Shown: positions 53,340 through 64,000 of the stretch, one piece after another
Position numbering within the stretch: the stretch's first letter is position 1
Layout of the letters: every line of letters begins with the position of its first letter
NCBI GenBank assembly: GCA_001643675.2
Contig: LSRY02000016.1
Span: forward strand, 1,178,001-1,242,000
Source: Monocercomonoides exilis PA203
Taxonomy: Eukaryota; Protista; Preaxostyla
Length of the DNA stretch: 64,000 nucleotides
Direction of reading: 5' to 3'
Notes under the pieces: model-generated
Told to the model about the DNA's origin: nothing
Database searches by the model: none
The model's input: only the letters and a program-made list of their open reading frames with translations
Translations under genes and position numbers: made by a program

Positions 53340-54420
53340 TGAGTGAGATCAAAAATCAAAGAAAAAAATGACAAAGATTCTTGAAACAAAAAACGTGATC
53401 CTAAATATGAATAACTTGTTTGCTAATTTGGAACGCAATTGGAAGTGGATATTCGAGCATAGATTTCTTCCTGACACTGGGAAATTCAAACATTGCAAAT
53501 TGAAACAATTATTGTGCAAAAGGGACAATGCTTATTTTGTGAAGCGCAAAAAATGCCTAATAATTACATCCGTATTTAAATGAACAACATTATCAAAGGC
53601 TAAAACTACAATTAATAAGATTATGCAAGTGTTTCTGCCGTTTTGGCTGGAATTAAGCATCAAGCAAACTTGTTTTTTGTTATATCTGGATAGAAACACC
53701 ATTTCATACTATTATAATATTTGCAGGGAAGTGTGTGTGGATGGGCTATTCAAGAATCCAATCAAAATAGGAGGAGTGGGGAAGGAAGTGGAAATTGACG
53801 AAATGTTGTGGAGATGAAGGAAATATTACAAAGGAAAAAGGAGAAAACAAGTTTTGATTTTTAAAGGAGTTGAAAGATCTAAAAAATGCATAAAAATATC
53901 TTTATGGTGGGAGTTTTAAACAGGAACAAGGAAACTCTACGAGCAGCTATCAAAGAGCACATTTTTCCTCACACTACAATATACAGCGATGAATGGAAGG
54001 CCAATAATTATTGGGATAAAGAAGGTTTTGTTCACAAAACCGTTTGCTATTACAGATATTATATTTATCCAGAAAACAAATCAGTAAATACTGACACAGT
54101 GGAAGGTTTTTGGGCTCACTTTCGGAAATGTATTCCCAAATTTAAAAATCCGAACAAGATTTCTTCAACAATTCATGTCATCTTTCATTGTTCGTTCGAT
54201 GAGATTACTGTCTTTTAGTCAATTCGTTGAATATGCAATTAATTTGAACATTGAAAACGTGGAAATGGTTGCTGAGGAGACGAAAATGATCCTTAAAAGA
54301 CAACCGAAAAGTGAGAAATCTCTGAAATGGATGATCTTCCTGATGAAGATACTGATTTTGGTGCAGGTGATGGAGCAGACGCATCAGAATGGTATGATGA
54401 CTTATTCTTTTTTTCAATTT
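53340..54420 (+). mobile_element. Merlin/IS1595-like transposase pseudogene
   Basis: IGGVGKEVEIDEMLW, NRNKETL, YSDEWKA, TVEGFWAH; stops and frameshifts. Confidence 0.92.
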
Positions 54421-54458
54421 CATACGCTTTTAAAAAAATAAATAATAATTCGTAAATA

Positions 54459-57016
54459 CCATTGGTGCTAAACCCGCCCCCTCAAATTTTTGCTAAACAC
54501 ATATATTTTTGTTATTATTTTTTCAGATTCCTTCATGTTAGCTTCAAAAAAGAAAAAGAATACAAGATTGAAATGAAATGACTGTATACAAACGCTGTGC
54601 AAAAGTTAATAAACTGTTAAATATCCATCTTCAAATATACTTGGAACAAAGTATTTTCCATTGTTGAAAGAAGTGAGAAAAGCAAAAACAATATTCACTT
54701 GTATTTCTTTATTGATCTGAACGATTCATGATTCCAAACTTTTTCATTATAAAAAGAAAGATAGATAGAAAGAAACTACGACGACAAAGAAGAATAATAT
54801 TTTTTGCGAAATTCAATTTCTTTATTACTAAAAGCAGGTGAAACTTCTCTTTGTATTGGCTTTTCGTTTTCCATTTTTCTTCCTTTCTCTGAGTCGCTCC
54901 CTCCACTAACATCATCGTCTATAATTTCATAAATTTTCTTTTTCTTTTTCTGTTTTCTTTCTCTTTCATCTTCATTTGAAGAAGAGCTAGACAAAAGAAT
55001 GTTAAATTCTTTTTGAGAATGCTTTGTTTTCAAAGTTGAAGAAGTCGAAGAAACATTTGATTTTTCAATTTCTTTATATTTCGATCGAAGAAATGCAAGA
55101 TGCTTTTCAGCATCTTCAAGTTGCTTTTTCAATTCAAAGCTGTCCATATCTTCAATAACTGTTGTAGAATTTAATTTGTGATCATTAGACGGAGAAGAAC
55201 AGATCGATTTGTTCGGCGAAGTTGATTTTGTTGAGTTTGCTTTATATGCAGAATGAATATCTAATGATTTTGATGAAGCAGATACAATTTGTCTTTTTTG
55301 TGGAGAATAGTCACCAAATAGTTCTTCACGCCAATCTTGAGACGAATAATGAAGATCTTCTTTCAATGCAGATGTTTCTATTGATGCTCCTGCTACTCTA
55401 GAGAACACAGGAGCTGCTGCAACAGGCCAAACCCCTGTCTTTATGAATACTGCTTTTATTGTTGAAGGTGTACAAGCAGCTGCCAAGGCTTCAGGAAGAA
55501 CTTCTGCGAGTTGTGTTCTATAAGAAGGGAGGGAGATTGGAGATGGAATGATAAATTTGTTGTTCAATGAAGATTTTAGTCGAGAAAAGATACAAGAATC
55601 ACATGGTTGAAGTAAGTGTGTCATGTTGGGTGGGAATCGTTTCAAAATGATGTTGTTTTTTTCTGCGGCTTCAATTACAAATTCATCGTTATGTGTTGAA
55701 TGATTACCCATCAACAGAAGGGCGCGATGGGAGCTGGTTGGTTTTACTTTCTCTGTGATAAATGGAATCCAACAATTGATCATGATGTGTTTGTATATTT
55801 CCTTCGTTATCCACCCAGAAGAGGAATTAATATATCTGATATCAAATGATGATAGAGAGCGAAACTTTTTTGGGAGTGTTTTCTTAGGATAAAGAAGAAA
55901 ACGAGGCAACGAAGATCCGTCGGCGCAGACACAGAGACAAATTGTGGCATTCGGTACTTTTGGAGGTGCTGTAACAGCTGGAGGAGTTTGATCTTTGAAG
56001 CAAACAACCAATTTTGATGAAGATTCCCCGCAAGTGATCGAAGATTCGTCGAAATTGAAAATGTCGGATGATGTTATGTTATAGTCTGATATTATGTTTG
56101 AAAGTACAGTAAACCATCTGCTAATATTATCTGGTGACTGTGCTTTGATTTTTGCAACATCTGTTGGTCTTGCGATAGCGGCTTTCAATATTTCGCTTCG
56201 TTTAATTAATTTGAATGCATATTTTTTAATGATCATTTTCAATTCATTCTTTGATTTTGGCTCATTTTCAATCAGATCCACACACTGAAACATTCAAAAA
56301 AGTTCGAAAAAACATGAAAAAAATATTGCAAACCATGTTTTGCACATCACGAACTCGAACAATTGTTTGGTTAGATAAAAGAACCAAAACTTGGTTTTCA
56401 ATTGTATCCAACTGGTTATCTGTGAATGTTTGTGGATGTCCATTCCTTCCGACCTCTCTTCCTGCTTTCTCCGCTCTTATCCCTCGTTTCCAAGCATCCT
56501 TTGAAATAACTTTGGCTTTCATTGCAGTTGCATATTTCACTTTGAAACTTTGTCGAATTGCGAATAGCTTTTTTGACGGGGATTTGAATACGCGATATTC
56601 CCTTGTTGCCAGAACTCTGTGCAATTGAGATGATGTCAATTCAGATTTTTCTGTCATTAAAATAGGGAATGATCAGTTTCTTCAGAATTATCAAAATTAA
56701 TGTTTCTGTCATAGGCAATCCTTTTCAGATGCATGGTTTGATATTATGTTAATATATATCTTTATTGAAACATTGAAATTATCAACTTTCCAAAATTCTG
56801 AAGGAAATCAAACATGCGAATAAAATAAAAAATAGCAACATTCAGCTGGAAGAAGACATGATGAAGAAGAATAATGAATATTCTTTCATTATTTAACACA
56901 TTTTCGATTATTTTTGAAATGTTTATATTTCTATTGTTCATTGAAATTAAAAACAAGAGAATGCTTCATTGAGAGGGGGCGGGTTTGGCACAAGGGTGTG
57001 GGTTAAGCACCAATGG
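54459..57016 (-). mobile_element. Full-length pogo-like DNA transposon with TIRs and TA TSD
   Basis: TIR CCATTGGTGCTWAACCCRCMCCCT at both ends; TA at 54457-54458 and 57017-57018. Confidence 0.93.
54776..56657 (-). CDS. pogo-like transposase (HTH + DDE_1), two exons, intron 56285-56333; second catalytic Asp appears mutated to Gly
   Basis: VGRNGHP, FNFDES, LLLMGNHSTH, THLLQPCD; GT-AG splicing joins QNM to CVDLIE in frame. Confidence 0.9.
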
Positions 57017-57384
57017 TATTATCACCCATTTTTTTATGAAAAATTCGTCAAAAAAAATTATTCATTAAAATACAACAAGCAATTAACCCTAGATGAAAAT
57101 TTGATAAAATGATCAAGAATAGAAACGCCTTTCATCGTATCGATTATGAAGTGTTTTCTTTTGGTACGCGTATATTCTTCATTTGCCAAGAACAGAAATG
57201 CTTTTGAAAAAAAAATTTTTCTTTATTATCTATTCTGTGAAATGATGAAAACAGAAAAATGTTGCTATCAGTTTACAGATTCAATTTAACATAATTAATC
57301 AAACAATTATGATATAATCATTTATTTCTAATGATAATTCAATGAAATATTTACAGTTAAAAATTGGAAATGTTTCATGAAAAC

Positions 57385-58770
57385 TTGTGATTACATCTTC
57401 AAATCCTTCTTCTTCCATCTTTTCAAACACTTTCCTTTTGACTGCTTTTCTTTCCGCTGCTTCCATTTCGTATCCTGTTTTTGCTTCAAATCTTCTTTAA
57501 ACCTCCAGGCAATATTTCAGGAAATGAGCATTCAATTCATTTTTCACTTCAAATTTTGCCATTTCTTCCAACACTGCTTTAGCAGCTCCACCTTTAATCA
57601 AGGAATCAATTTCCACAATTCTATTATTAATTGCAAATTTGAATATGATTAAGCACCATTTTTTTATCTCTGTTTCTTTTTCTCTTGACGCTCGAAAAAC
57701 TCCAACAGTACTTGCTATAAGCCCAATAAATCCTTCGTTTCTCAATTCGCATGAGTAAAAATAATACTTAATTGTTTTGAGCCACCTCATTAGTACAAAC
57801 ACTTTTTCCTTTTCTTTTTCGTTCATCTCAATTTCCTTCTTCTTCCAATCCACCTGTCTTGTCAGCTCTTCCAATTCTCTTGATGCCTCTCTTGCAAAAT
57901 GCAGCTCATTCGCAATCACTCCTTCCAAGCTGTCATCATTAGAGAATCTGAATATCAAAAAACTCCATGCGGACTGATAGGCGAGTTGAGTCAGGTTGTG
58001 ATTTTTTTGATGATATTGGATGATTTCTTTGATTTCATTCACAAACAGCTCTTTTTCCACCTTCAATTACAGAAAATTGTTAAAAGAAAAATCAACATTC
58101 AATGATAATGAAAAAATTTCAGACATCAATTATCCATGTGTTACTCAAGGAAAGCAATGACATTTCCACTTCCTTTTCAACTTTCTCATTTCTCTCCTTT
58201 TTTTAAAGATTCTTTCAGAAGGATAGGGACGCACACTGTTTTTAATTCTTCACTTATATCATAGTCATGCGGCATGAGATAGCATATGCAAAGATCAACA
58301 ATAAACTCTTCATCTCTTCCTTCTTTTTTATCATATTCTTCAAAGATCATCTTTTCAATTTTTTCAAACAGTGAAGAGTCAACAAAGCTTGGATCAAATA
58401 TGGTATTTATTGCGTTGTATCGTCTTATATTTTTCAAAAGAATGATGATGTATTTGTTTGAAATTTTGTGTTCGTCAATCATCTTTTCAATTCTGTTAAA
58501 AAGAAAAACAGTGAACTCTTTTAGGTAATCCTCTTCAGTCATTTTTATTATCAATGAATTCATTTCCTCGATTTTCTGTTTTTGTTCAATTTCATCTCAA
58601 TCTTCCAGCTCAGAAAGCAATTCTGAAATGAAAAATTGAAAGAAAAAAAAGTAATCACCTTGAATTTAAATTGAGAAAGGATCCCAAACCAGAAAACTTA
58701 TTTGTAACACCATTCTCATGAACTTTTTCCAATTTATTCTTTTTGAATAAAATATGATTTTTATCATTCA
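57385..58770 (-). pseudogene. Member of an expanded alpha-helical host protein family (Monocercomonoides-type), disrupted
   Basis: EQKQKIEEMNSLI, VDLCICYL, CVPILLK, NEIKEIIQYHQ.NHNLT.LAYQSAW, NELHFAREASRELEEL...VDWKKK recalled as an oxymonad multicopy family; internal stops. Confidence 0.7.
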
Positions 58771-59388
58771 TGTCGAAAAAGAACATGTTCAAAAAGCGGA
58801 AATGACAAAAAATATCACAATAACAAAAAATTACTCCATAAAAATACAGCACTCACACCATAAGTTTTTGTGTTGTTGTTTTTGTGAAAGGTTAAGATGA
58901 CGAAAGTCAGGATTGATTCCAAATCAGGGTTTCTGATCTGTGATCTATTCATATTATCAGAAATAATTAGATCTTGATCATGAAAAGTAAGTTGTCACTG
59001 AATGAATGCAGCACACAGAATTGGCTTTATTGTTGATATTTTGTGAAACAATGCTGAAAAGCTGATTTATTGCCTTTTCAAATTTGGATGGTCAAGGAAT
59101 TTTAACGATTTGGATGGTGAATGATGATAAAATGAGTTCCTGGAACGAATTTAAATGATATTCGTTTTGAAGACATTTCCATTTGCAGCCTTTCCAAAGC
59201 CCAAAAAACAGACTTATAATTTTAATGAGACAGTCTTTGTTTCTTTGAATTGAGCAACTTGATCATATTGCAATTCCCTTTCAAACCAACAAACAACAAA
59301 GGTTTTTGACTAGTTTTGAATGTGGTTTTTTATTTTTGACTCGAAACAAGATGGATTTGAATAGATATCCAAATATCTATCAATTTTC

Positions 59389-61133
59389 GGCATAGGTTCA
59401 AACGCGTTCCTTTTGCAATTTGCGTTTTTAAACACTCAAATTATAACGAATTAATAGATAATAATTATTCAAAAACTTTTTATGGACCGATTTTTCGAAA
59501 AAAATTTTTCTTGTTGAAAAAAATGACTTTTGAAAAATGACCCATAAAAACATGAATTTCAATAAAATTTATTCAAATTTAAAAGAAAACGTGATTTTCA
59601 CACATCCAATGTGCTTTTATAATAATATAAATTTATTTTATTAATTAATTTTCATCAAAAAAAATATAAATCATAAATAAAAAATTTAATTAAATATCTT
59701 TGATCTAACTCACAATAAAATTTTTAATATCTGGAAAATTTGAATATGCTGTTTAAGTTAAAATAGAACCTAAAAGTATGTAGTTCGTTCACTTTTATAT
59801 GTTAATATAAGTATATTATTATATGCTAACTTGTATAATGTTGAAAACAGATTTAATTATCAGTGACACAAGCACATGCATTTTCACTTCCATGTTGTTA
59901 AGCTGAAAGATTAAAATTTCAAAATTGGTTGCAATGGAACGCAAAAGGTATTATATGATTCATAATATCAAATAAATATTCATTTTCTTTTTTCCTTTCA
60001 AAATATTTTCTTTTCATTTGATATGTTAATGTATTTTTTTATTAGACTCGATCAAAACATGCATTTATGAATTAATCTTGCAAAAATTAACAATAATCAC
60101 ACAAAATTATTCAATGTTGAATTATAAAAACAATGAACTTTACAAAAGTTTGTCATTTTTATGTTTTTTTTTAAAAAGCAATGAAAAATTAGATTGATTT
60201 GGTTTTTCAATCTGAATTATTTTCATTTCATTTCCCGTTTTCATATTTTCCATCCATATACACATCATTTGGCATGGTTCTTCTTCACTTCCACATATTA
60301 CGACATCTAATTCACTGTTAGAGGAAAATAAATCAAATTCAAACAATTCTTTTTTTTGTGGTAAAAAAAACCAAACTTTTATTTAGAATATGTTTTAATT
60401 CCTCAATATTGAGCCATTTTGTGTAAGTAATGTTTAATTTTGCAACATTGATTTATTTAAGCATGCTATGATCGAGCCTAATACAAAAAAATATTAATAT
60501 TCCAAAATACAAGAAAAAATTCGTAGGAAAATAGCTTAATAAATATTTATTTGATGAAAAAAACTATATAAAACCTTTTGCGTTCCATTGCAACCAATTT
60601 TGAAATTTTAATCTTTCAGCTTAACAACATGGAAGTGAAAATGCATGTGCTTGTGTCACTGATAATTAAATCTGTTTTCAACATTATACAAGTTAGCATA
60701 TAATAATATACTTATATTAACATATAAAAGTGAACGAACTACATACTTTTAGGTTCTATTTTAACTTAAACAGCATATTCAAATTTTCCAGATATTAAAA
60801 ATTTTATTGTGAGTTAGATCAAAGATATTTAATTAAATTTTTTATTTATGATTTATATTTTTTTTGATGAAAATTAATTAATAAAATAAATTTATATTAT
60901 TATAAAAGCACATTGGATGTGTGAAAATCACGTTTTCTTTTAAATTTGAATAAATTTTATTGAAATTCATGTTTTTATGGGTCATTTTTCAAAAGTCATT
61001 TTTTTCAACAAGAAAAATTTTTTTCGAAAAATCGGTCCATAAAAAGTTTTTGAATAATTATTATCTATTAATTCGTTATAATTTGAGTGTTTAAAAACGC
61101 AAATTGCAAAAGGAACGCGTTTGAACCTATGCC
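59389..61133. mobile_element. Non-autonomous Merlin-type element: 561-bp TIRs, GG...CC ends, 8-bp TSD CAATTTTC
   Basis: 59389-59949 is the reverse complement of 60573-61133; CAATTTTC at 59381-59388 and 61134-61141. Confidence 0.93.
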
Positions 61134-61349
61134 CAATTTTCAAGAGAAGGAAATCGATCCAATTGAATTACGAAAGAATTTTGGAAAGGAATGTGGAAAA
61201 TGAGCAACTTCATTTTCTTTTCCGTTTTCAACAGATAAAGTCTTATTGAGGAATATTAGTATTTTCAATGGATAAAGATATTGAAATATGCTTTTACATA
61301 GGCTTTGAAGGTTTATCGTTGTTTTTTTTTTAAAAAAATATTTCGACTT

Positions 61350-64000
61350 TTTTTTTAAAAAGAAAATGTGACTCTCACTTCCTTCTCTTCTGTTTTGAGA
61401 GATCGTCACTTATGGGCAAGTCACCCAACTGATCTGAAATGAAAATTACGATATAATTTAACGGTGATGTGAAGATGTTATGAAAAATGGAGTGAGTGAC
61501 ATGGCGCAAATTACAAACGCGCCTGAAGAGATTGGAAAATGAGTGGAAACTACAATATCATTCGCAATGGGGTGGGAATTATACGCGGCGGGAAGAAGAG
61601 AAGGAAGTGAGAGTCACATTTTCTTTTTTAATCAAAGCACATGTACTTTGATTCAAAAGAAAACATTCTCTCACTTCCTTCTCTTCTGTTTTGAGAGAAA
61701 TATTTAATTGGGAAAACGTGATGCATTAAAGGGATTAAGTAGATTTGGAGATCCCCGTTTTTCGACATTTTTTGTAGTAACTCTTGCTTTGCTTGTGATC
61801 TGGTTCTTATAATAAACTGAACGGATTTTTCTTGGATGACTTCTTGTTCGATCTTTCTTTCACTCTTGTTCTTCTCTTTAGGTTCTTCGATGCTGTTGTC
61901 TTCTGGTTCCTCGATTCGACTTGGCTTAAGACAACACGTTTTTGAATTTAAAACAGCTTTTCCCTGATTGCTGCAAAATCTGTTGTTTTTCCATTTTATC
62001 TTCAACATTCGTGCACATTTTTTCATGTGTGAAGATCCTGAATCTTCACTTCTATCCACTTCCTCCTGTTCGTTCTCAGCTGTTGTTGAATCATCGTTGT
62101 CATTTCTACTTGCATAACTTTCTTCTGATCTTTTCAAGTTCTCTAATTGTGGATCGGCTGAGTCACTTAGCATTTCACTTTGCACATTGCTTTCGGTTGA
62201 TTGAACTGCAATAGCTCTAGCGCAAGAGGAAAAAACATCTGATTGAAAATAGTAGTTCGTTATCGTATCGCTTCGCGGAGACAGCCTTGCGAACTTGGCA
62301 ACTTGTGCTATGGGCATTACAGACATTGTTAAGGCAGATATTGAAGCGTCCTTCAATGAATAAGGTCCGAAACATTCAGGAATACCTGACTTGTGAATGA
62401 TTTCAGATGCAAGTTTTCTCAGGGCTCTTGACAACAGGGGCTTTTTTGTTATTTCGTTCACAAACAAGTGGTCAGAATTTGTTTGTATCTTTTCCACTCT
62501 TAACCACAATTCCTTCACAGCTGATGCAGGGCAAATAAATGGTGTTTCTTGGAGGAATGGGATGATGATATCCGTTCTTTCCGTTCCTGTCTTCAATGAG
62601 GTATCAAGGGCAATTGAGTCCTCTTTTATTTGTGGAATGTGTGAGGCTTATTCTTTCGAGTTCAGTGAAGCGGCATGCAGAAAAAAGGATGCATAGGCAG
62701 ATTGTTTTCTTCATGAGAGTTTCATTATCCAGATCTTTGTTTTCACCTAAGGTTGCAATGTTGTCCAAAAGAACTTTTGGATTCCATATCGGAGGCTTGT
62801 TTTTCTTCTTTCTTCTTTCAAGTCTTTTGAAAGATCGGAAAAGGATCTTCATTAGTGGATAATCTGCTAACTGCTTTTCGAATAAAAGTTGAGACACAAG
62901 AGAGATTGCTGAACGTGTTTTGCATAGCGAAGACCATTTTTGTCCCTTGTCGTGAAGTCTAAGAAAGATATCCTCACGTTTTATTACCCAGTCAAACCAA
63001 TCACTTGGAGGTGGACCACAGTTGCATACAGCCCACTCTTCTCCGAAACGAGCGAAACTTAGTAAATATCCGTTCCATGTTGATGGTGAAAAGCTGGATT
63101 CGCACAAATTAACCATATCAATGGGATATCCTTTCGTCTGAAGGATGGCTTTGAACCAAACTTCTCCGTTAGAAGCTAAGGATTTATCAAGATTGCACGC
63201 AGTTTCCCTGAAGGAAGACAAGCATCCATCTTCTTCATCAGTGGTCCTGGTATTAGAAGATCGCTCAGGTTCTTCGATGTCCATTCGACATGATTCGTTT
63301 TTCTCAACAGCGGTTCCCATATTTGGCCCTTCCAATCGGGAAGAAGGAGAAGAACTCGAGCTTGTTCGAGAATCGTTTTCCTGATTGTCGGGAGAATGAG
63401 TGGAATGGGTGGGTGAGCGAGAACGGTTTCTCCACGCCAAGGCTGTTGAAGGCCATCTTCGTTTATATGGCTTCTGGGACCGCACCATCGATAAGCTTTC
63501 CTGTTCCACGCAGTGGCAAACGCATCCAGTGTTATTTTCACTTGCATCTTCTTTGCAAGTTCTCGAAAGGCATCTTGTCTTATTTGATAGTCTCCTCCCC
63601 TTTCTAATCTTGAAAGGGAGTCGGCTCTCCCGTTTTTCTTGCCCGGAATGTGTTGAGCCTTCACTTCAACTTTCATCGCTTTTATATGCCTCCATATCTT
63701 TGAAAGAAGCCTTCGAAGGTTTGTCCCTGCATGCCATCTGTTTATGTTGAAGACCGATGTTGAGTTGTCCGATCTTAAAAGAAGTTTGCTGATGTGGTTG
63801 GATGACAGTGTGGGAGTGATATGGATTAATGATTGAAGGATCGCCCACATTTCTCGATAATTGGAGCTTTGGTTTTGTTGCCAACGTGGGAGTGAACGAT
63901 GGAAGTCGTATTCTTTGTTTCTTATTCTTAAATAGGCTCCAATTGCTTTTCTTGATGCGTCCGTTGTGAGGCTTGCTTCTGGAAGAAACAGAGGACAAAG
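61350..64000 (-). mobile_element. DIRS-like element family B, 3' part (RH, MT, YR, ICR, right ITR); continues beyond the window
   Basis: LRSDN..NGRADSLSRLERGGDY; LDAFAT..HPPIPLI..LLPDWKGQIW; YR LFSACRFTEL, LKT, YSLK, NYY with a frameshift near 62600; ICR 61594-61700. Confidence 0.93.

Noticed and set aside
1-64000. Prokaryotic IS1595, retron or phage-integrase interpretation; alternative genetic code
   Set aside because: Spliceosomal introns and DIRS architecture indicate a eukaryote; all three stop types plus frameshifts interrupt decayed ORFs while intact ORFs are open in the standard code; no tRNA or rRNA recognised

Overview
AT-rich eukaryotic DNA with short (~50-75 bp) GT-AG introns and the standard code. 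The multi-copy host protein at 57.4-58.7 kb resembles, from memory, an expanded family of the oxymonad Monocercomonoides; this is inference, not a database result. The window is a transposon graveyard with no clearly intact host gene. It holds five DIRS-type tyrosine-recombinase retroelements (gag/RT/RNase H/methyltransferase-like/YR), several with recognisable ITR and ICR termini. It also holds three pogo-like DDE transposons (one full-length, with TIRs and a TA TSD), five Merlin/IS1595-like transposase remnants, and a young 1.75-kb Merlin-type non-autonomous element with 561-bp TIRs and an 8-bp TSD. Two families of ~250-270 bp GGG...CCC MITEs with 4-bp TSDs, foldback palindromes and decayed host gene fragments fill the rest. 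The top candidate for novelty is a multi-exon gene at ~11.6-15.0 kb (-): a Sola2-like DDD transposase with an apparently intact ubiquitin-specific protease (USP/C19) domain inserted between its N-terminal region and its catalytic core. Also notable: a dense stem-loop cluster in the 3' UTR of one DIRS element, a ~100-bp palindromic ICR, and shared non-canonical YR active-site residues in one DIRS family. All alignments were done by eye.
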